From a virus (taxonomy: Duplodnaviria > Caudoviricetes): a stretch of 43,848 bases of DNA. The position numbers and the translations under genes were made by a program. Below are positions 27,105-35,628 of the stretch, one piece after another (position 1 is the stretch's first letter; each line of letters opens with the position of its first letter). The stretch lies in the IMG/VR virus record IMGVR_UViG_3300032231_000006, positions 1 through 43,848 of that record, one strand, 5' to 3'. The notes below the pieces were generated by a model, which searched no databases, was not told the origin of the DNA, and was given only the letters and a program-made list of their open reading frames with translations.

Positions 27105-28178
27105 ATGCCAGCGAATCGAATCAAAGACCTGAAAGACATGACCCTTGGTTTTCAGGACGGTTTCAGCGGGACGTCGGCGATCAACGAAGCCACCCCCGCG
27201 GTGAGTGATACATCGCTTGGTGTTGATACTCACGTCCTCCGAGATTCGCGCACACTTGTACCCATTGGCGCTAGGTTCACGACCGCAGGAATCCCTACGA
27301 TTCGCACGGTGACGGCTACGCAAAATTCTCAGCAATGGACGCTGACGATCGATGCCACGGGCGGGACGTTCGACCTCGTCCTGAACGGGGAGACCGCATC
27401 GTCGATCGCTTTCGACGCCACGTCCGCTACTGTTCAGACGGCGCTTGAGGGTTTGGCATCTATCACAGCCGGGGACGTCACAGTTACAGGAGACGGACCC
27501 CACACCATCACAATGGCAGCTACCTTCGCGAACACGTCAACCAACACGTTGACCTCAGTTGCCACTTCGCTTACTGGCGGGGCCAGTACGGCCGTAGTCG
27601 CTGCCGTTCAGGACGGGACAGACACTTGGGAGGTAACGTTCACGCCGGCGATTGCTACAGGGTCCGTACCTGCAGATGATGCCGTCATTACGTGGTATCC
27701 TCGACGCCTTGAATTCGAGATCGACACGGGCGATCTCGAATGGGACGAAGGTGCAAACCCAGAAGTCCGAAAATCGAGAGGTGTTATCGTCGGGCTGAAG
27801 CAAGGTGATGAACAAGAGATGACGGTTTCGGCGGCTTTCGAATTCTCACGGATGAGGGCTGAAACTTCAGTCGCCGAGGGCGGAGCGAATGATAAAACAC
27901 CATGGGAAGTTCTCCACCAGCTGGGCTTTGCAGCGGATTGGCTCCCTTCGAGCCACGGCGGAGTGTGCGAGCCATACTCGGTGGATATCTACGTCATCGA
28001 CTCGCCTAACTGCGGGAGTGAGCAGGCGGAGGTTATGATTTTCCCTCAATTCGCTTTCACGTCGATTTCACCAAGCGTCCAAGATGGTATCGTGACTTTC
28101 TCAGGCTTGTGCGTCGCGAAATACCCCATAATCACGTCAGTCACGAACGACGCGGACGCGGTCGGCGTGATCTACTAG
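27105..28178 (+). CDS. Major tail tube protein with inserted domains
   Basis: DLKDMTL.FQDG..GDLEWDE..R.RG..GDEQ.M.VS..F tube-like scaffold; no sheath gene. Confidence 0.75.
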   Translation: MPANRIKDLKDMTLGFQDGFSGTSAINEATPAVSDTSLGVDTHVLRDSRTLVPIGARFTTAGIPTIRTVTATQNSQQWTLTIDATGGTFDLVLNGETASSIAFDATSATVQTALEGLASITAGDVTVTGDGPHTITMAATFANTSTNTLTSVATSLTGGASTAVVAAVQDGTDTWEVTFTPAIATGSVPADDAVITWYPRRLEFEIDTGDLEWDEGANPEVRKSRGVIVGLKQGDEQEMTVSAAFEFSRMRAETSVAEGGANDKTPWEVLHQLGFAADWLPSSHGGVCEPYSVDIYVIDSPNCGSEQAEVMIFPQFAFTSISPSVQDGIVTFSGLCVAKYPIITSVTNDADAVGVIY

Positions 28179-28192
28179 GTCCGACATAAATC

Positions 28193-28240
28193 CCCGGCGG
28201 GGGTGTCGAATTGTAATCGATTCCGCCCCTAAAAGCCGGG
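28193..28240 (+). other. Imperfect intergenic hairpin after the tail tube gene
   Basis: Nested pairings CCCGGC/GCCGGG, GGGGTG/CGCCCC, TCGA/TCGA; no T-run. Confidence 0.45.
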
Positions 28241-28259
28241 CCAACAAACAAAAAATCAT

Positions 28260-29030
28260 ATGCCGAATGTCTCGACCTACTCGGTTGAATCTGTAGACGA
28301 TACAGCGCTGATAGTGCGGGACCAGCACCACACGGCTACCGGGTCGATCGTGATCGGAACCTACCATCACGCGGACGCCACGTCCGGGGCGATTGCCTTA
28401 ACGCTGCCGCTTGCGTCGGGGATCGCCGGACGAATTTTGATCATCACGAAAGAAGATTCATCCACCAACGCGGTTACAGTGACCCGCGCGGGGTCCGATA
28501 CGATAAACGGGTCTACAACGTTTGTATTGACTGAGCAGTATGACACGGTTATACTGGTTACGGATGAGACGACGGATGACGTGTGGACCGTCGCTGGATA
28601 CTACTCAGCGAGCGGGACAGGCGGGGGAAGTAGTAGCGTAGTTGACCTCGAAAACGGCAACGCTGGATCGATAGTAATCGGGGAGCCTGTTTACTCATCA
28701 GCCTCGGGGGAGGTTAACGAAGCGAAAGCCGACGCGGTGTCGACTTCGTACGTGATCGGGCTTGTGGCTGACACGACAATAGCGACGGCAGCCACAGGTA
28801 GCATCGCGGTTGGCGGAGTACTTGAGGCGACCACGGGCCAGTGGGACACGGTGACGGGCGGCTCCGGAGGGTTGACGTTCGGCGACAAGTATTTTTTGAG
28901 TGCCGCCGCCGCCGCCCGTTTGACGAAAACCGCCCCGTCCACTTCGGGCGATGTTGTCTTCCTCGTCGGGGTTGCGTTAAGCAGCACGAAGATGAAATTG
29001 GTACTCCGTGAAGTTGGGGAGATCACGTAG
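28260..29030 (+). CDS. Two-domain virion protein: tail-fibre-type repeat domain plus decoration-like domain
   Basis: DAT.GAI.LTLP..N.VTV..DTING..L..Y..V.L..W; then IGEPVY..A.AD..VIGL..G.L.G.KYFLS. Confidence 0.6.
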   Translation: MPNVSTYSVESVDDTALIVRDQHHTATGSIVIGTYHHADATSGAIALTLPLASGIAGRILIITKEDSSTNAVTVTRAGSDTINGSTTFVLTEQYDTVILVTDETTDDVWTVAGYYSASGTGGGSSSVVDLENGNAGSIVIGEPVYSSASGEVNEAKADAVSTSYVIGLVADTTIATAATGSIAVGGVLEATTGQWDTVTGGSGGLTFGDKYFLSAAAAARLTKTAPSTSGDVVFLVGVALSSTKMKLVLREVGEIT

Positions 29031-29411
29031 ATGGCGAAAGTAAGGCCGCTAGTTAACGATGCAGGGTCACCGCGTGAATCGAAATCGACAGACTACCTCG
29101 ACACCGGAAAGCTCAGCGTCTCTAACCAGGAAACCATAACGGTTACAGGGACTACAATAACCGTCAGCGATGAGGTGGGGAGGGTCTACCTTGACGCGTC
29201 GTCTGCGCAGGACGTGCAAACGATTAACGGCTGTGCAAACGGGGATTGGCTAGTAATTCAAGGACTTTTTGGGACGTCAAACGTAACAGTAAAAGATGGC
29301 GTCGGCAACGTGCATATGAAGGCAGACGTCGTACTAAACCAAGTGGAGGACACTTTGATCCTGTCGAAATTAGGAGCAAATTGGTTCGAAGTGAATTGGA
29401 GTCCTGGATAG
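29031..29411 (+). CDS. Small beta-rich virion protein
   Basis: Thr/Val-rich, TING..GD, C-terminal WFEV; in the structural operon. Confidence 0.6.
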   Translation: MAKVRPLVNDAGSPRESKSTDYLDTGKLSVSNQETITVTGTTITVSDEVGRVYLDASSAQDVQTINGCANGDWLVIQGLFGTSNVTVKDGVGNVHMKADVVLNQVEDTLILSKLGANWFEVNWSPG

Positions 29412-29728
29412 TGATAGTGCAAGAACAAATCAATATACCAGGCTTCCATGTCGCGATATACGCCAGCGCAGGCCACGTAGCGTCGGACGTAAAAACGCCG
29501 CCAACGTCCACGATCGGGCCTATCCCTTTAGTGACCTGGGGTCCTCGGCTTGACCTCAAGACGAACGATAAAACATCGGTGGATCTGCACGCTATATTGC
29601 GAGCTTTGAAAAAAGTAGAGGCGCAGGCTGACGCGTACAAGCACGAAGACTCTGAAAGCAAGCGACAAGTTATGAAGCGATCAATAAAAGCGTGCCGGAA
29701 TGCGATTGAGCGGGTGGCAAATGCCTAA
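29411..29728 (+). CDS. Hypothetical protein
   Basis: GTG overlaps the upstream stop; fills the gap between neighbours. Confidence 0.5.
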   Translation: MIVQEQINIPGFHVAIYASAGHVASDVKTPPTSTIGPIPLVTWGPRLDLKTNDKTSVDLHAILRALKKVEAQADAYKHEDSESKRQVMKRSIKACRNAIERVANA

Positions 29729-29981
29729 CGACGAACTACAGCATCTGACGGCGGTGTCGCTAAAGCTGACGAAAATGGATGTAAAACTCGACACCCTCAT
29801 CCGCGACGTGGAGCAGCTGCAGAGTGACCAATATGGTGACGGCAACCATGACGGGATTCGAATCGACGTCGATCGTCTGAAGCGATCTCGGGCCAACCAG
29901 AACGCTGTACTGTGGGTCTTGTTCACCTCGGTGGTGGGGATGGCGGCAGCATTCGCACTTGATTTTCTGAATAAAAACTAG
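29721..29981 (+). CDS. Coiled-coil protein with C-terminal TM helix (XhlA/holin-like)
   Basis: KLDTL..GDGNHDGIRIDVDRL followed by a hydrophobic helix. Confidence 0.6.
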   Translation: MPNDELQHLTAVSLKLTKMDVKLDTLIRDVEQLQSDQYGDGNHDGIRIDVDRLKRSRANQNAVLWVLFTSVVGMAAAFALDFLNKN

Positions 29982-29991
29982 AGGCGCAGGT

Positions 29992-30534
29992 ATGAAAGTC
30001 GACGGAATTGAAGTCAACAACGACGACGCGGTCTATGGCCCGTTCGTCATCCAGAGAGGCTGGAAGATTCACACAGAGACTACGGATGAGGCTAAGAAAG
30101 GTGAGTGCATCCTCGACGATGATGGTAACCGAATCCCGAACCTGATTGGCTTCTGGGGTCGGCCGGTGTGGACGATGGAAGAATTTGACGACGCTTGCCC
30201 TTTCCCTGAACCCCTCCCTAACGAACTCGTGTTCACGCCAAAAGGAAAGCAACCCGATTATAAACATCCTGAATTCTTGGCGCGTAAAAAAGAGTATTCG
30301 CGGAAACGGTGGGGTTACTTGTTGCTGAAAACTCTCGAACCTTCAAACGTTGAATTTGAGGGGGCGAGCCTCGACGACCCATCCACTTGGGGGGACGTAG
30401 AGGAAGCGATAAAAAAAGAGCTCCCGGAGTATGAATTCAAAGGGCTTTTGGACCTCATCTACGAAGCTAACGCCATTGACCCTCAGAAGCAGGAGGCGAA
30501 CCGTAACACTTTTTTGTCACAGCGACGGGCGTAG
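29992..30534 (+). CDS. Tail assembly chaperone (gpG-like)
   Basis: Acidic 180-aa protein ending in a slippery T TTT TTG site. Confidence 0.75.
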   Translation: MKVDGIEVNNDDAVYGPFVIQRGWKIHTETTDEAKKGECILDDDGNRIPNLIGFWGRPVWTMEEFDDACPFPEPLPNELVFTPKGKQPDYKHPEFLARKKEYSRKRWGYLLLKTLEPSNVEFEGASLDDPSTWGDVEEAIKKELPEYEFKGLLDLIYEANAIDPQKQEANRNTFLSQRRA

Positions 30535-30543
30535 GACGCCCGT
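30510..30543 (+). promoter_or_regulatory. -1 ribosomal frameshift signal
   Basis: Heptamer T TTT TTG (30510-30516) in the correct phase, 8-nt spacer, 8-bp hairpin ACGGGCGT-AGG-ACGCCCGT (30525-30543). Confidence 0.8.
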
Positions 30544-30740
30544 TCGACTACGAAAAGTATGGACGCTCGTTTAAGTTTTTAGTGCTGAAATGCTGTCAAC
30601 GGTGGGGTATAAACCCATGGCGCGGCGGGTGGGAAAGGCTCGATCTCACGCAACGGCTCGATATGATCGAATTTGAAAAAGCGGCACTGCACGACGAGAC
30701 AAAACTCAAAACCACAATCGCAGAATTATTTCAGAGGTAG
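30516..30740 (+). CDS. Frameshift extension (gpT-like) of the tail chaperone
   Basis: -1 frame open for 74 codons (VTATGVGRPFDY..CCQRWGINPW..ELFQR*), ending 6 bp before the next ATG. Confidence 0.78.
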   Translation, partial: VTATGVGRPFDYEKYGRSFKFLVLKCCQRWGINPWRGGWERLDLTQRLDMIEFEKAALHDETKLKTTIAELFQR

Positions 30741-30746
30741 TTCGTA

Positions 30747-31325
30747 ATGGACCACAACGTTTTCAACAACGATTTCGACTTGTCGAGATTGTTCCAGCGA
30801 CCGATTCACAACCAAGGGCTCATCCGAGGCCGTTGGACAGGGGCAAGCGTCTGGACTAACCAAGCCCACCGCGACGCGTTCCTTCGTGGCGAAAACGTCA
30901 AGCCGTTGTATGCTGAAGATTTTGACAATGGCGTTACCGATGTCGGGATCCACTACGTCCTAGATACGTCGTTTCGTGGCACCACCGCGCTGACTTCGTG
31001 GTACGCTTTGCTGATTGACAACGCATCCTATACGGGGGTCGCCGCGGCCGATACGATGGCGTCGCACAGTGGGTGGATCGAGAACCAAGATTACGACGAG
31101 GCTGTGCGGCAAACTCTGTCGTTCTCCGCCGCTGCGTCCCGCGCAATTAGTGATTCTGTGAGCTTCACGATGAACAGCACGGTCACGATCAAGGGGCTCG
31201 GCGTCAACTCAGACAATACGAAAGGCGGAACTACGGGGACCTTATTCTCGACTGCTCTTTTCGGGACGCCTCCCGCACTTGTCGCGGCCAACGTCCTTAC
31301 TGCCAACTACTCACTCAGCGACTAA
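30747..31325 (+). CDS. Minor tail / fibre-associated structural protein
   Basis: NGVT..G...L..WY.LL..A.DTMA.H.GW.E..Y..R pattern. Confidence 0.6.
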   Translation: MDHNVFNNDFDLSRLFQRPIHNQGLIRGRWTGASVWTNQAHRDAFLRGENVKPLYAEDFDNGVTDVGIHYVLDTSFRGTTALTSWYALLIDNASYTGVAAADTMASHSGWIENQDYDEAVRQTLSFSAAASRAISDSVSFTMNSTVTIKGLGVNSDNTKGGTTGTLFSTALFGTPPALVAANVLTANYSLSD

Positions 31326-31380
31326 CCTCTCTGAAGCTCCCCTAGTCCACCAACTAACTCAATAACAGGGAAAAACAATT

Positions 31381-32121
31381 ATGGGCGCGATGTCTAGCCT
31401 CCAATCACAGTCGAAAACCTTCGGAGCGAATGCGCCGATCAACTTGTGGATTACGTCCGAGCTCGTCAAACGACTCGATGATGCCATCCCCACCGCATTC
31501 GCTGCAACGGACGCGGTTCACTCCCTGGCGACGTCTACGCAGACGTCCGGCAACGCGACGCTTACTGTCACGCTGCGAAATGGCGAGACGTTCACGACCG
31601 GGAGTATCGCGTTCGACGATTCGGCAGCAACGATCGAAGGACTCATCGACACGGCGGCGACAGCGGCGTCTGTCACCGGATGGACCAACGGAGATATAAG
31701 CGTCTCCGGTGGAGCGGTTAACGTCGCGCCCGTTGTGTTGACATTCGACGGGGCATCTGTCACAAGCATCGCCCACGCCGTCACGACCTTAGCAGACGTG
31801 GACGGTGCCGGAGGGGCTTGGGGTGCTGTCACGATCACGACCAAAGGGCAGACCAGCCGCCCCGCGCTTGCAGTGTTGAAAAACTATGACATTATCACGG
31901 GGACGCCCCCGTTGCAAGATGCTGTAGCGGCCACCGGCGTTATGGCGAAGGGCAGCGGGTCGAATTCCATCCCTACGAATATCGTCAAAGCGTTGATGAG
32001 GGAGGCATCTGCGGAGGATGATAACCAGGGGACATACTTCTCTTTGCAGGCGACATTGATGAGTGGAGATCGAGCACCGATGCGAGAGACTTCAAAGACG
32101 TCTGATGTTCTGCCTTCTTAG
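31381..32121 (+). CDS. Virion protein carrying the shared IAFD accessory domain
   Basis: Central region aligns by eye with the inserts in 23275..24168 and 27105..28178. Confidence 0.65.
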   Translation: MGAMSSLQSQSKTFGANAPINLWITSELVKRLDDAIPTAFAATDAVHSLATSTQTSGNATLTVTLRNGETFTTGSIAFDDSAATIEGLIDTAATAASVTGWTNGDISVSGGAVNVAPVVLTFDGASVTSIAHAVTTLADVDGAGGAWGAVTITTKGQTSRPALAVLKNYDIITGTPPLQDAVAATGVMAKGSGSNSIPTNIVKALMREASAEDDNQGTYFSLQATLMSGDRAPMRETSKTSDVLPS

Positions 32122-32153
32122 ACCAATCCCACGGCTTGCGTATCGGTGACTTT

Positions 32154-33230
32154 ATGACGATGGTATGGATGGACAGCTTTCAATGGGTTGACTCGGGGGA
32201 AACCTCGACGACCCTTGAGAGTTTAATTGCGGAGCGGTACGTTTCCGCAAACCTCGACGCAGGTGCAACGAAGGGGTCCATCCAGACCCCCGTTGGTGGT
32301 TCACCCCGCCAAGCGTTGACGTTCGGCTCATCGACGTCGGACAACTTGACGCTGGACATTCCGGCATCGAATGAGGTTTACGTTTCCTTTCGCTCAAAGT
32401 TCGTAAATGATGCCTCATCTAGCTCGGCCGACATCATTCGTTTCGTTGACACGAACCTTTCGACGCAGCACGCTGCCTGGACTATGGATGATTTTGGAAC
32501 GTTCCGTATGCTGCTTCGGGGGAGTTCCGAGCTCGGAAGGTTCCACCCCGTGGATTGGCATTACGGAGAGTGGAACCACATAGAATTTTACCTGAAGGTC
32601 GACAACACGACAGGGGCCTACGACTTCCGGGTCAACGGAACCTCAGTCGACAGCGACTCCGGGATTGACACGCAAGCAGCTGGAGGAGGTGCCGACATAG
32701 GGCGAATTGTACTCGTCAACCCCACCAGCGCGAGCGGCAACGGGCATTCAATTACGGACCTGATAGTTGTGAACGGGTCCGGGTCACGGAACAACACGTT
32801 CACAGGTGAGAACAAATTTGTTTATCAGCTATTGCCAACAGGCGACACAGCCGATGAGGATTGGACACAATCAACGGGGGTGGATTCGTACGCACTGATT
32901 GACGAGATAAGCCGAGTGACGACCGACTATGTTGAGAGCTCCACTGCGGCTGAAAAAACATTGTGCAGCTACGGCTCAACAGGCAGCGAAGCTGGTATTA
33001 TGGCTGTCACGTTGATCGCAAACGCCGCGCTTGACACGGGGGCGACAACGGAGAATTTCAAGCAAGTAGTTAAAGAAGGTGCGACAGAAGGGGATGGAGC
33101 GACGCAAGACGTCACAGCGTCGGCGACGCAAGAGGGCTTCTCTGACATTTTCGAAACGAATCCAGACACCACGGCCGCTTGGACCTCAGCAGAACTTGAC
33201 GGCGTATCTGCCGGAGTGGAGTACGTCTAG
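32154..33230 (+). CDS. Lectin/LamG-like tail protein, paralog 1
   Basis: W.HIEF.LKV..G..D.RVNG, ITDL.V, C-terminal NPDT.AAWT. Confidence 0.65.
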   Translation: MTMVWMDSFQWVDSGETSTTLESLIAERYVSANLDAGATKGSIQTPVGGSPRQALTFGSSTSDNLTLDIPASNEVYVSFRSKFVNDASSSSADIIRFVDTNLSTQHAAWTMDDFGTFRMLLRGSSELGRFHPVDWHYGEWNHIEFYLKVDNTTGAYDFRVNGTSVDSDSGIDTQAAGGGADIGRIVLVNPTSASGNGHSITDLIVVNGSGSRNNTFTGENKFVYQLLPTGDTADEDWTQSTGVDSYALIDEISRVTTDYVESSTAAEKTLCSYGSTGSEAGIMAVTLIANAALDTGATTENFKQVVKEGATEGDGATQDVTASATQEGFSDIFETNPDTTAAWTSAELDGVSAGVEYV

Positions 33231-33231
33231 C

Positions 33232-34314
33232 ATGGCTTTACTTTTGATCGAAGGTTGGGAGTGGTTGTCAGGTTCTGAGACCCGTGAAGACATAGCAACC
33301 CGTATGGATGAATTCGAGTATTGGAAGACGAGTGTAGGCTCCGGGGCGGGTGGGCTACTCACAACCCGTGGGGTTTTCCAAGGACTGGAGCTAGACAACG
33401 GCGACTCTTTTTGGACTCGCCCGCTAAAGGATTTCGGCAGTGGGTCCGACGCAACTTTCATATGTGGCTTGTATGTCAAGACGCCTGGAACCCTCGCGAC
33501 GACAGATTTTATTCGGGTTTATTGCGGGGCCACCCTCCAATTCACTATCCAGATTTTAGCGACCGGGGAGCTACGTCTACAGCGGGGCGGAGCTACAACG
33601 ATTTCGACCACGACAACAACGCTTTCGACGTCGAACGAATACTACCTTGAGTTCAAAGTCCTGGTTAACGACACGGCGGGGACCTTCGAAGTCAAAATCG
33701 CGGACGTAACACTGAACAACGAAGAGACAATAACGGCCACCGATCACACTGATACGTTGCTCGACTCAAAAATATCTTCGCTTTCGACTGAAGTGACCTG
33801 GAACCGCGTGAGGTTCGCTTCATCCATGGATGGGTTGCTAATCGACGACGTCTACCTCGCGGACGGCTCGGGTTCGGACGTCAATGATTTTCAGGGGAAT
33901 ATTCTGGTTGAGGCAATCGAGCCCAATGGCGATGGCTCAACAACCAACTTGACGCCATCCTCGGGTTCAAATTTCGAAAATGTAGACGATGCGACAATGG
34001 ACAGCGACACCACGTATAATACTGCGGACGCTGACAGTGAGTTGGATTTATATACAATGACTGACATCACTCGGACGGGTGACATTGTCGGCGTGCAGGT
34101 TCAAGCCAACGCCAGAATTACAGAAGCAAGCCCTCGGAAGTTGCGACTCATCACTCGTCACGGTACGACGAACGGTGAGAGTGCAACTACCACGCTCGCG
34201 GACGACACCTATAGAGGTCGCTACGCTATTTTCGAACAAAACCCAGACACCGCCGCGGCGTGGACGAATTCTGACATAACAGACATCGAATGCGGCGTTA
34301 AGCGGCAAGGGTAA
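33232..34314 (+). CDS. Lectin/LamG-like tail protein, paralog 2
   Basis: YYLEFKV..GTFEVKI, IDDVYL, C-terminal NPDT.AAWT; ATG at 33232. Confidence 0.65.
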   Translation: MALLLIEGWEWLSGSETREDIATRMDEFEYWKTSVGSGAGGLLTTRGVFQGLELDNGDSFWTRPLKDFGSGSDATFICGLYVKTPGTLATTDFIRVYCGATLQFTIQILATGELRLQRGGATTISTTTTTLSTSNEYYLEFKVLVNDTAGTFEVKIADVTLNNEETITATDHTDTLLDSKISSLSTEVTWNRVRFASSMDGLLIDDVYLADGSGSDVNDFQGNILVEAIEPNGDGSTTNLTPSSGSNFENVDDATMDSDTTYNTADADSELDLYTMTDITRTGDIVGVQVQANARITEASPRKLRLITRHGTTNGESATTTLADDTYRGRYAIFEQNPDTAAAWTNSDITDIECGVKRQG

Positions 34315-34317
34315 AAA

Positions 34318-35619
34318 ATGGCGATACGTGTAGCACAGCAGGTCTTGCAATATGCTGCCGGGCCGACAACGGAATCAGACATACGCGTCACGAAGGTGTT
34401 CGCGCAAGTCGCGGTAAAAGCTGTAGGGACCCCGACTATCGGCGCGAACGCGTCGAACGCTATGTTCTCCGCCGGGCCTACCGTAGACACTAGTGGGGTT
34501 GTTTTCGAAAACACCTCGAACGTTGTGTGGGCCACGGGAGTGGTCACTACAGGGTCTATCGGTGGTGATCAGATAGGGACGGCCGCGAACGTGTTCGGAT
34601 GGAGCGATGTGTGGGAATATGACCCGATATTTGAGATCGACGTCAACCAATCGATTTTCGGCGGCGATGGTCAAACCTTAACGTCAAACTACTATGTCGC
34701 TTCAAATGCGATGCTAAGTGACGACCCTATTGTGGGGTACAACCAGACAGTCGACGTCGTCCAGTATCTAGGGTTCAGTGTCAGATTCTTTGCTGAAGAC
34801 GTTGGGAACACCTTGGGTATATCGGACGCCCATAGAGTCGCGGAGGCTGTTGAGGTGTCAGCTGATAACTATTTCTGGACCGACCCAGCTAATGACAGCT
34901 CAGTAATCCGCGCCTATAACGCTTCCACTTCGCTCGGTATAACCACTGACGTTTTTCAATTCGTCCCCGCGGATATCCTCGACTCAATCGGCTTTTCGGC
35001 GGTCGTCGCGGCAGTGGGTGACACTGACAGGACCATAGGGCAGTCGGGTTTCCTGAACCAATCGCTCGGATTTACGATATCGGATAACAAGTGCCGGGAG
35101 CAAGAATATGACCCGCAAGTAGGTGAAGGCCGGAGCGATTTCAAAGCTCTGCAGGTCGCGACGCCTGTTTTGGCGAACACCGGGTTGGTGGTTTTCAGCT
35201 TCCCTGTCTCTTCCCCGACAACTACGTTGACGATGGAGGCTCCCGAATTTCAGAATGGTGAGACTCTCACGTTCACAAAAATCGACCGAGTAACGCGGGG
35301 CGGCGACCGGAAGATTTACGGCGAAGGGAAGTGGGCTAGCTGGCGACGGCTAGAATTTACGGTGAAAGATCTCTGCACAGTCGACGCAGACGAGATTATT
35401 GCCTTTCTAAATACCACGTTGGGTGATACAATAAAGCTGGTGGATTGGGAGGGCCGGGGTTGGTCCGGGTTCATCGTAGCCCCTGAAACGGACATAGTCG
35501 AAGGTGTCAATGGTTGGTCCGCGTCATTTGTCTTCGAAGGAGAGCCAACGCTAGACGCGGTACAGCATGGCTCCGATAACGTAACACATAATTCCGTGGA
35601 CGTCGTCCACGGGGAATAG
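34318..35619 (+). CDS. Tail protein with repetitive N-terminal region and C-terminal distal-tail-like domain
   Basis: LG(F/I)(S/T) repeats; C-terminal domain similar to 36500..36898. Confidence 0.55.
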   Translation: MAIRVAQQVLQYAAGPTTESDIRVTKVFAQVAVKAVGTPTIGANASNAMFSAGPTVDTSGVVFENTSNVVWATGVVTTGSIGGDQIGTAANVFGWSDVWEYDPIFEIDVNQSIFGGDGQTLTSNYYVASNAMLSDDPIVGYNQTVDVVQYLGFSVRFFAEDVGNTLGISDAHRVAEAVEVSADNYFWTDPANDSSVIRAYNASTSLGITTDVFQFVPADILDSIGFSAVVAAVGDTDRTIGQSGFLNQSLGFTISDNKCREQEYDPQVGEGRSDFKALQVATPVLANTGLVVFSFPVSSPTTTLTMEAPEFQNGETLTFTKIDRVTRGGDRKIYGEGKWASWRRLEFTVKDLCTVDADEIIAFLNTTLGDTIKLVDWEGRGWSGFIVAPETDIVEGVNGWSASFVFEGEPTLDAVQHGSDNVTHNSVDVVHGE

Positions 35620-35628
35620 AAGAGAACA

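Noticed and set aside
28193-28240. Riboswitch or intrinsic terminator
   Set aside because: No U-tract and no aptamer consensus recognised; kept only as a generic hairpin
393-33231. ORF-track starts at 393, 2310, 10479, 12545, 14470, 15008, 17146, 19809, 29246 and 33079
   Set aside because: They overlap upstream genes, terminators or promoters; downstream coupled starts fit better
32154-34314. Diversity-generating retroelement VR/TR pair
   Set aside because: The paralog ends differ at all base types, not only adenines, and no reverse transcriptase is present
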